A stretch of DNA of 47,772 bases, taken from positions 1-47,772 of the forward strand of contig JBEKVX010000002.1 in NCBI GenBank assembly GCA_049513595.1, written 5' to 3'. The notes under the pieces are model-generated. The model had not been told where the DNA came from, did no database searches, and saw only the letters and a program-made list of their open reading frames with translations. Positions within the stretch are counted from its first letter, which is position 1. Every line of letters begins with the position of its first letter. A program made the position numbers and the translations under genes. Source of the DNA: Candidatus Staskawiczbacteria bacterium (GTDB taxonomy: Bacteria; Patescibacteriota; Minisyncoccia; Minisyncoccales; Staskawiczbacteraceae). Below are positions 23,184-30,232 of this stretch, one piece after another.

Positions 23184-24518
23184 CTATTTTCCCGCCTTTT
23201 CTTTTTTCCAAATAGGGTCGTATATTTTTTTCATTTCCCGCGAATATTCATTAATTTGTTTTTGCAGACAATTTACAAAATTTTCTGCGTCAGGATGCGT
23301 TGGTTTTAAATCTTTGTATTTCTTATGCAAATCCCTGAAAACTTTCGGGTTGTCTATCAGCATGCAAGGCATATATAAATTTTCATTGTACGGCTGGATT
23401 TTCCTGAGTTCTTTGTAAAATGGCTTATCAAGTGCGTCCATAAGTGATATATTTTTTACATTTGCTTGAGAATAGTGCGTAAATATGCAGGGCTCCACAT
23501 CTCCGCTATTATTTACATGAGCATAAAGTTTTCCGGCTATGCATCCACCCACCAGCGGCGCGTCGTTCCAAAAATCAACTGTTAAAATCGGCTTGTTTTT
23601 CCTTATGTTGTCCATTCGTTTTTTTAAATACAATCTTTGTTTCGGGCTTGGCATCAAATCCAAATTTTTGTCACCGCCGACAGGCATATATAAAAAATAC
23701 CATCCCAAAACGCACCCCTTTTTTATCATTAAATCAACAAATTCATCGGAAGCAATTTTTTCAATATTCTTTTTAGTTACACAAACAGAATATCCGTGGG
23801 GTATGCCGTATTTTTGCATTAAATCCATGCCGTCCATAATTTTTTTATAGACGCCCGCTCCCCTTCGCACACTGGTTTCTTCTTCAAATCCTTCTATAGA
23901 AAAAGTGATTCCGACATTTCCCAACTTTGCCAGTTTTTTGCAAATATCATCGTTTACCAAAGTGCCATTTGTATAGACGTGGAAATATGCGTCGGAATGC
24001 TTTTCAAAAATTTTAAAAATATCTTTGTAAACAAGGGGTTCGCCTCCCAAAATTGTAAAAAAAGCCACGCCCATTTCTTTTCCTTCTTTTATAATCCTGT
24101 CAAAAATTTCGAATGGCAAATCGTCTTGCTTCTGATAATTAACAGCATAACATCCGACACATTTTAGATTACATCTCATAGTCGGGGAAATCAGCAAGGT
24201 AAAAAGAGGTGCATGCCCCTGCTTTTCATTTTTTATTCTTAAATCCTGGTTTTTTACAATCCCATTTATTAATAGGTTTTCCAAAACTTTTTTGCGGCAC
24301 TTGCTGTTGACTCCAGCTACTACACGCTTAGTATAAACCAAAGACAAGGGATGAGTTTTAAATAATTCTCTTATTTGTTTAAGAAGTATTTTTGATTCTT
24401 CCGGAACTATTTTTTCCACCAGCTCCGTAATTTTTATTATTCTGTCGTCAGACAAATGAGGCAGAAACCTCACCATTTGATTGATGGACGACGCCTTTAA
24501 TCTCTCTTTTACAGACAT
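23184..24518 (-). CDS. Radical SAM enzyme with a C-terminal SPASM/twitch-like Cys motif
   Basis: CNLKCVGC (CX3CX2C), ILGGEPL, and GGCIAG...GDVEPC...PCM near the C-terminus. An about 110-aa N-terminal extension precedes the core. Confidence 0.85.
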   Translation of the reverse strand: MSVKERLKASSINQMVRFLPHLSDDRIIKITELVEKIVPEESKILLKQIRELFKTHPLSLVYTKRVVAGVNSKCRKKVLENLLINGIVKNQDLRIKNEKQGHAPLFTLLISPTMRCNLKCVGCYAVNYQKQDDLPFEIFDRIIKEGKEMGVAFFTILGGEPLVYKDIFKIFEKHSDAYFHVYTNGTLVNDDICKKLAKLGNVGITFSIEGFEEETSVRRGAGVYKKIMDGMDLMQKYGIPHGYSVCVTKKNIEKIASDEFVDLMIKKGCVLGWYFLYMPVGGDKNLDLMPSPKQRLYLKKRMDNIRKNKPILTVDFWNDAPLVGGCIAGKLYAHVNNSGDVEPCIFTHYSQANVKNISLMDALDKPFYKELRKIQPYNENLYMPCMLIDNPKVFRDLHKKYKDLKPTHPDAENFVNCLQKQINEYSREMKKIYDPIWKKEKAGK

Positions 24519-24573
24519 ACTTTAAAATTTTAATAATAAAACTAATTTAACATTAATACTTTATCGGGCTTTG

Positions 24574-25926
24574 TCAAACCGCAGCTCTTTCTGATTTTTT
24601 TTGACAATCGCATTCCTTTTTTATTGGAATATTTTTTATAATTTCGCTTGTCAATTTTTTTAATTTGTCTATATTTTTAGCAAAGTTTGCAAGGACTTGT
24701 TCAATTGAAACAGGGCTTATTTTTGATTTTGCGTAAATTCCGACATCGTAATCGGTAACCAAAGAGATATTTAAATAGCAAATGCCCAGCTCTAAAGCTA
24801 AAATCGCTTCCGGATACTGAGTCATGTTAACCACATCCCACCCCATTTTAGAAAACCACAAACTTTCTGCCAAAGTTGAAAATTTCGGCCCTTCAATCAC
24901 CACCACAGTCCCCTTGGCGTGCACAGGAAGTTTTAATTTTTTTGCCTGGCTGATTGCAATTTTTCTTAATTCTGGACAATAAGGATAAGCGGCTTCAATG
25001 TGATTGACTTTTGGGCCGTCGAAAAAAGTGTCTTCGCGCATTTTTGTCCTGTCAACAAACTGATCGCAAATTACAAAATCGCCCGGCTTAATTTTTGTTT
25101 TTATAGAACCCACTGAAGCCGGGGCAATTATTCTTTCAACCCCAATTTCTTTTAAAGCAGCGATGTTAGCTTTGTAATTAATTTTGTGCGGCGGAATTTT
25201 GTGGTCTCTGCCGTGCCGCGGCAAAAAAGCAACTTTTTTCCCAAAAACAGTCCCGATGGTAATTTTATCGCTCGGCAGACCAAATTTTGTTTTTATTTCA
25301 ATTTCTTTGGCATCCTTATCAAAAAACTTATAAAATCCGGAGCCGCCGATTATTCCGATTTCCGCCAGCTTTTCTGTCTCAGCGGGCTTTGAATACGTGG
25401 TATATTTTGCTAAAGACCTTATTTTATATCCTTTTATTTTTTTTCTTCCCTTCAAATAAGTTAATTCCATTAAAAAATCAATTCCGACAATTTTCCCCTT
25501 AAGTTTTTCAACCATATCTATTGTCGAGCGCATCGTTCCGCCGGTAGCTAAAACATCGTCTACTAAAATTACTTTTTCTCCGGGCAGAATTGAATCCAGG
25601 TGCATTTCAAGAACATTGCTGGCATACTCAAGAGAATAATTTTTTGAAATTGTTTTGAAGGGTAATTTTCCTTTTTTTCTGACGATAACCAATCCTGTAT
25701 TTAATTTATATGCCAGTGCAGCAGCAAAAATAAAACCCCTGGCATCAATTCCGACAATCTTGTCAATTTTTTTACCAATGTAAGGAGTAGCTAAAACATC
25801 AATTAACTCGCCGAATATTTTTTTATTTTGGAGCAAAGGAGTAATATCTTTAAAACTTACTCCTTTTTGGGGCCAGTCAGATATTTCCCTTACGTTTGAT
25901 TTAATTAATTTTTCTATATGGTCCAT
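24574..25926 (-). CDS. Fusion of adenine phosphoribosyltransferase and 5'-methylthioadenosine phosphorylase
   Basis: APRT half has the PRPP loop VILVDDVLATGGTM. MTAP half has IGIIGGSGFY, FLPRHGRDH, VNMTQYPEA and VTDYD. Start set to ATG 25926 (MDHIEKL) after AAGGAAAT; the track start is 19 aa longer. Confidence 0.85.
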   Translation of the reverse strand: MDHIEKLIKSNVREISDWPQKGVSFKDITPLLQNKKIFGELIDVLATPYIGKKIDKIVGIDARGFIFAAALAYKLNTGLVIVRKKGKLPFKTISKNYSLEYASNVLEMHLDSILPGEKVILVDDVLATGGTMRSTIDMVEKLKGKIVGIDFLMELTYLKGRKKIKGYKIRSLAKYTTYSKPAETEKLAEIGIIGGSGFYKFFDKDAKEIEIKTKFGLPSDKITIGTVFGKKVAFLPRHGRDHKIPPHKINYKANIAALKEIGVERIIAPASVGSIKTKIKPGDFVICDQFVDRTKMREDTFFDGPKVNHIEAAYPYCPELRKIAISQAKKLKLPVHAKGTVVVIEGPKFSTLAESLWFSKMGWDVVNMTQYPEAILALELGICYLNISLVTDYDVGIYAKSKISPVSIEQVLANFAKNIDKLKKLTSEIIKNIPIKKECDCQKKSERAAV

Positions 25927-26140
25927 ATATTTCCTTATTTTCCATTTTATTCTTTTAAAATAAAAATGCAACCAAAAAACCACCTCAATTAAAAGATGGC
26001 TGAAAAAAGCGCGGGTGGCGTGCCGGTTCCCGAACTTTTGAATAGAAAAAAGCCCTTCCTATTCCTGAGCTGGCGGTTAAGAAAATCAATCAATTGTTAG
26101 CTTTAATTTAGATTTACCCTACCGCGTGATTCAATATGCT

Positions 26141-26983
26141 TTATTTCTTACAATCTATAATTTGGCACATACTTGCATCGTATCTATTCACATTTCCAAC
26201 ATTGCATACCCCTTTATACGGATATGGACCAGTTATAGCGGTCGGTTCGAATGCCTTATTGCAATCGCTGCATTTGTGGTAACTGCCATTAATGACGGGG
26301 GTGGTGCAGCACCTTATTCCCCAGCAACTACTATGAAAAATGCTGTTTATAAACTGAGAATTTATAAATTCAAACCAGAAATAGTAAATATTATTGATAA
26401 ATGCAGACCAGGTAAGACCGAAATCGTTAACGGCAAAACAATTTAAAATTTGTGACCACCAAATATGGTCAAAGGTATTGAGTAGAAATCCATTCGATAA
26501 AAGTTGCAGGCACGACGACTTTTCAGTAGTATTGTTGGATGGTTTTTGTGGGACTGCTCGTTGGACAACGGTAAATTGTCCAATGCATTCTGGAGACGTT
26601 GGACCGCAAATCACACAAGGATCCGGATTACATGGACAGGTTACTGCTTTACCAGAGCAGAAACAAGTTTGTGGTCCAGTGCATTCTGGGACTGCTGGTT
26701 GGACGGGTTTAGTTTGTTCAGGGTTAGTTTGTCCAGGATGAGCTTGTGCACATTCTGGAGACGTTGGGCCGCAAACTTTACAAGGATCTGCATCACACGG
26801 ACAGTCTACAGCTTTTCCAGAGCAAAAACAGGTTTGTGTTCCGTTGCACACTCCGTTTTGAGTTGGTGGTATCCATATATCATCTTGCGCTGAAACAATT
26901 TTAATCATCACAAAGCCGAGCATTATTATTATCAAAATAAATATCCCGACATTAAAATAAAATCGCCATTTTGGTTCAAACAT
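26141..26983 (-). CDS. Membrane-anchored Cys-rich repeat protein
   Basis: TM helix followed by two copies of C.G.QTCFCSGKAV.CPC..DPC..CGPTSPEC, then a Cys/Trp-rich C-terminal domain. Confidence 0.55.
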   Translation of the reverse strand: MFEPKWRFYFNVGIFILIIIMLGFVMIKIVSAQDDIWIPPTQNGVCNGTQTCFCSGKAVDCPCDADPCKVCGPTSPECAQAHPGQTNPEQTKPVQPAVPECTGPQTCFCSGKAVTCPCNPDPCVICGPTSPECIGQFTVVQRAVPQKPSNNTTEKSSCLQLLSNGFLLNTFDHIWWSQILNCFAVNDFGLTWSAFINNIYYFWFEFINSQFINSIFHSSCWGIRCCTTPVINGSYHKCSDCNKAFEPTAITGPYPYKGVCNVGNVNRYDASMCQIIDCKK

Positions 26984-27123
26984 TTTTTTAAATTATTTAA
27001 TTATTTCATTATACCACAAAACAAAAAACCACCTAAATTAGAAGGTGGCTGAAAAAAGCGCGCCCGATGGGACGCAGTTAGAGCATGGTTCTGGGAAAAT
27101 TTTCCAGTGGAACCGATTAAAAT

Positions 27124-28185
27124 TTAAGTTTCTTTTTCTAAACTATTTAACAATCTCTCGGCCCTACTAAAAAGATGGTCAAAAGTAATGACTTCAATTC
27201 CGTGCAAGCTATCATTCAACAAGCGGAATGCAGTTTTCTCTTCAAGTGCCCAATTAATAGATCTTCCCAAAATAACCGTACACTTTGGCTTCACAGGAGT
27301 TTCACATTTATTTTCTCTGCACCAATCCGGATCCGAAAATTTTTTTTCAACCTGAAAAATATAATTTGTGGCTTGAGTGAGTGAACCCTTTAGCTCTTCG
27401 CTCGGTTGTAAAAAATCGCGGTATCTCTTATAACCTCCTATACTATCTTTTTGCCAAAAATCAATATGCGGATGTTTAATTTCTACAATATCTATAAAAC
27501 CATCTTCAGACTCAAATAGATAATCTGCCGTGTCCCATAAGTCAATCCTGCTTTCGTCCAGCAAAACGAAATATGAGAGACCAAACATCCAACGATTTTT
27601 TTCTAAAAATGGCTGCCAATAATTCCTTTCCTTTTTATCTAAATCCGACAGTGATGTTTTAAATTCGTCGAGTGCCACCCTTCTCGCTTGGACCAATTTA
27701 TAAGTAAGAATTTTTTTATCTAGCTCTGGATATTGTTCTTTAAATAATTGATAAACCGTATCTTTATTTTTTTCCGATTGCAATATTTGCTTTACTAAAT
27801 TTATTGTTACTTCATCATTCGATAATATTGCCGACGTATATTCTTTAGACAAGATATCAATGTTTAAAAGAGCCTCATTGGCTTTTATATATGCAGCTAA
27901 TTTTTCTAAAGACGCCTTATCATAAATAGCAAAACCCTCGCTTGTAACTATTTCCTCCTCAATCCAAAATGGCTCTTCTTTTATTTTTTTGAATTTCGAA
28001 AATTTTAGCGCGTAATGATGTGTTTTTTGCTCGCGTCTGTTCGGAATAAAAGTAGATTGGATTTCAACTATATAAACAACTCTCGTTCTGTCTGAAAGTT
28101 TTTCTGCATTAATAAATATCGGGTCAGGAAATCCGAAATCTTTTGCCTTTTTAACTCTTAGTTTGTAAAACTCATTAGCATCCAT
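27124..28185 (-). CDS. Shedu-type DUF4263 nuclease (SduA-like)
   Basis: WQPFLEKNRWMFGLSYFVLLDE...DYLFESEDGFIDIVEIKHP...CTVILGRS...FRLLNDSLHGIEVITFDHL matches the DUF4263 PD-(D/E)xK core (D...EIK), from memory. Confidence 0.7.
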   Translation of the reverse strand: MDANEFYKLRVKKAKDFGFPDPIFINAEKLSDRTRVVYIVEIQSTFIPNRREQKTHHYALKFSKFKKIKEEPFWIEEEIVTSEGFAIYDKASLEKLAAYIKANEALLNIDILSKEYTSAILSNDEVTINLVKQILQSEKNKDTVYQLFKEQYPELDKKILTYKLVQARRVALDEFKTSLSDLDKKERNYWQPFLEKNRWMFGLSYFVLLDESRIDLWDTADYLFESEDGFIDIVEIKHPHIDFWQKDSIGGYKRYRDFLQPSEELKGSLTQATNYIFQVEKKFSDPDWCRENKCETPVKPKCTVILGRSINWALEEKTAFRLLNDSLHGIEVITFDHLFSRAERLLNSLEKET

Positions 28186-28215
28186 AAATATTTTTGTTAA
28201 CTTACAGTATTAAAA

Positions 28216-28482
28216 TCAATAACGAGGATACCTTCTCCAATGCCCACGCACCCAATATGCTCCGCCAAGAAGCGGTATATCTCCGATTCCATCAGTCATA
28301 GCACCCACTATAATAAGAACATATAAAGCAATGACGATTATCGATAGCCATTTAATTATGTGCCAAAATTTCTCTTTTGGAGAGCGTGGATTCTGAGGCG
28401 TAGAATTTCCTTCTGCAGAATACCCTATCACTAATCCAACTACTGCAATTATTAAAGGATAAAAAATTGTATAATCATCCAT
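28216..28482 (-). CDS. Small two-TM membrane protein
   Basis: 88 aa with two hydrophobic helices. Packed 30 nt upstream of the Shedu gene. Confidence 0.45.
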   Translation of the reverse strand: MDDYTIFYPLIIAVVGLVIGYSAEGNSTPQNPRSPKEKFWHIIKWLSIIVIALYVLIIVGAMTDGIGDIPLLGGAYWVRGHWRRYPRY

Positions 28483-28493
28483 AAATTTATTTT

Positions 28494-29126
28494 TTATTTC
28501 ATTTGTGGCTTACCGGCATCGCCAAGTTTTTTGTTGAGTGCATCTCTCTTCTCTTGAATTTTTTGCTTCTGAACAAAATAAAAATCGAATAAACTTTCTA
28601 AAATATCTAAATTCCATTCTGCTTCTCCTGGCTCTACATCGACTATTTCTCCAGTACTTTTGCTCTTTATTGGATGAGCAGCAAAATTGCCTATATTCCG
28701 AACCGCATCTAAGTTTTCCGAAAGATATGGGGGTAAAGAATTTGAATTTAAAACTTCTTCAATTTGTTCAGATAAATCTTTTTTTGTAGTATTAGCTTTT
28801 TCCTTAAGTAAATTTTGTAAGCACCTTCTACTTAATGCGGCGCTAGCTTTTGGGCTGTCAGAAAAAACTAAACACGCCTCCCTGTAATCTTCAGTAAAAG
28901 CGGGCGGTATATCTGAAGGTAACGGTGTTCTTGAAATTCCTTTTGGCCTTACTAGCTCAGGGCTCCAAACACGATATCCGGTTGGAAGCTTGCCCAACTC
29001 AATTATAACTTTTTTGCAACTCGGACAAGTGCAATAACGCAAGCGAAAATTTCCCTCAATATCTGTAAGGGTTGTAATGTGCGCCCAATCCTCAAAAAAA
29101 TTTTCTAAACAATGTGGACATTTCAT
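28494..29126 (-). CDS. Zinc-ribbon plus DUF4145 protein
   Basis: CPHC...CPSC ribbon at the N-terminus. DUF4145-like AALSRRCLQNLL...LDAVRNIGNFAAHP. Confidence 0.65.
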   Translation of the reverse strand: MKCPHCLENFFEDWAHITTLTDIEGNFRLRYCTCPSCKKVIIELGKLPTGYRVWSPELVRPKGISRTPLPSDIPPAFTEDYREACLVFSDSPKASAALSRRCLQNLLKEKANTTKKDLSEQIEEVLNSNSLPPYLSENLDAVRNIGNFAAHPIKSKSTGEIVDVEPGEAEWNLDILESLFDFYFVQKQKIQEKRDALNKKLGDAGKPQMK

Positions 29127-29134
29127 AATTTTTA

Positions 29135-29758
29135 TTAAAACTTAATTGATGTAGCAATATTTTTTATATCTTTTAAAACTGTACTACTCGGATTCCATGG
29201 AAGATATGTACTAAGTATTAAAATTGCTTTCTCTCCATTTGTATTCATCATATATACAAAATCATAGGTTCTCATACTAGATTTTTTTATAAATCCCTTT
29301 ATGCAAATAGCGAAGCCAGAATTATTCTCAAAAATTTCGAACCCACCATCCTTCTCCCAACCAGCACCCCTAATGCCTTTGTGAAAAAATAATAACATGT
29401 CTGAAAGTGCCGATGTTACAATTTTTTTCGGTTCTTCTATGGCGACTATATTTTTATATTCAGATTTTTTTATTTCACCCTCAAGATTCCATAAAACATC
29501 CCCGTTTTCTAAAAACATTGGAAAATCTTTAATTTTAAAAATCTGTACCATACCAGCAGGACTATATTGGCTTGAGCTGTCTTCCGCAGAAAAAGACATA
29601 TCGCAATATTTATTTGCCATGAAGTTAATCAATGGACTTGTATACCAATCCATATCAGTATTTTCAAAAGAAATTACATATGGATATTTCTTACCCTTAT
29701 ATTGAAGTTTGTTTAGCTTCTTATTAAATCTTCTTTGAATAAAATTTAGTTTTGCCAT
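29135..29758 (-). CDS. Hypothetical protein (first gene of the Shedu cassette)
   Basis: 207-aa ORF with no motif I recognise. Its stop is 8 nt from the next start. Confidence 0.5.
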   Translation of the reverse strand: MAKLNFIQRRFNKKLNKLQYKGKKYPYVISFENTDMDWYTSPLINFMANKYCDMSFSAEDSSSQYSPAGMVQIFKIKDFPMFLENGDVLWNLEGEIKKSEYKNIVAIEEPKKIVTSALSDMLLFFHKGIRGAGWEKDGGFEIFENNSGFAICIKGFIKKSSMRTYDFVYMMNTNGEKAILILSTYLPWNPSSTVLKDIKNIATSIKF

Positions 29759-29919
29759 ATTTTTAAAAAATTAATATTTAACGCAAAAACGCCCAAAAAT
29801 TGGGCGGTGGAATTTGAACTAAAAATAGTCGGGGAAGTGCCGAGAAGTGTCATAACTTCTGGTCGCACATGCGTTATTTACAATAACTTACGACTAAAAG
29901 TTCTAACATGTGCATCAGG

Positions 29920-29995
29920 CGCGGGCAGGGGGATTTGAACCCCCGATCTCCTCCGTGACAGGGAGGCGTCTTAAACCAGGCTGGACTATGCCCGC
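29920..29995 (-). tRNA. tRNA-Asp (anticodon GTC)
   Basis: Acceptor GCGGGCA/TGCCCGC, anticodon arm CCTCC-CTGTCAC-GGAGG, T arm GGGGG-TTCAAAT-CCCCC, discriminator G. Confidence 0.85.
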
Positions 29996-30011
29996 AAAAT
30001 TATTTTCGGGG

Positions 30012-30085
30012 TGCCGGGGGAGAGAATCGGACTCTCGACCTCTGCGTTATGAGTGCAGCGCTCTTACCAACTGAGCTACCCCGGC
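30012..30085 (-). tRNA. tRNA with anticodon CAT (elongator Met or lysidine-Ile2)
   Basis: Acceptor GCCGGGG/CCCCGGC, anticodon loop CTCATAA, T arm GAGAG-TCCGATT-CTCTC, discriminator A. Confidence 0.8.
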
Positions 30086-30099
30086 GTTAAAATTTAAAA

Positions 30100-30173
30100 T
30101 GGTTGCGCCGCCCCGAATTGCACGGGGGCCTGCAGCTTATGAGACTGCCGAGGTACTACTCCTCCACGGCGCG
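30100..30173 (-). tRNA. tRNA with anticodon CAT, initiator-like (C1-A72 mismatch), CCA encoded
   Basis: Acceptor CGCGCCG/CGGCGCA (position 1-72 unpaired C/A), anticodon loop CTCATAA, T arm CCCCG-TGCAATT-CGGGG, 3' ACCA present. It lacks the three G-C pairs typical of initiator anticodon stems. Confidence 0.7.
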
Positions 30174-30232
30174 ATGGTCATTACTTAATAGATTAAGTAA
30201 TATAAATACTTTAACACAAAAAATCAATCAAA

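Noticed and set aside
23184-24518. Prokaryotic viperin-like antiviral radical SAM
   Set aside because: Length (444 aa), the N-terminal extension and the SPASM/twitch-like C-terminal Cys motif do not fit the about 300-aa viperin architecture as I know it. No adjacent nucleotide kinase is present.
26040-26100. SRP (4.5S) RNA candidate from minus-strand CAGCUCAGGAAUAGGAAGGGC
   Set aside because: The resemblance to the GGUCAGGUCCGGAAGGAAGCAGCC helix-8 motif is superficial. There is no GNRA-closed helix and no complementary 5'/3' stem. It is better read as part of tandem terminators.
25985-29995. Integrase-mediated genomic island with an att repeat of the tRNA-Asp 3' end
   Set aside because: No integrase or recombinase gene is present. 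The best similarity to the tRNA 3' end (gcgcggg... at about 26010 and 27056) is only 7-10 nt and sits inside terminator modules. The tRNA adjacency is noted but no att site is claimed.
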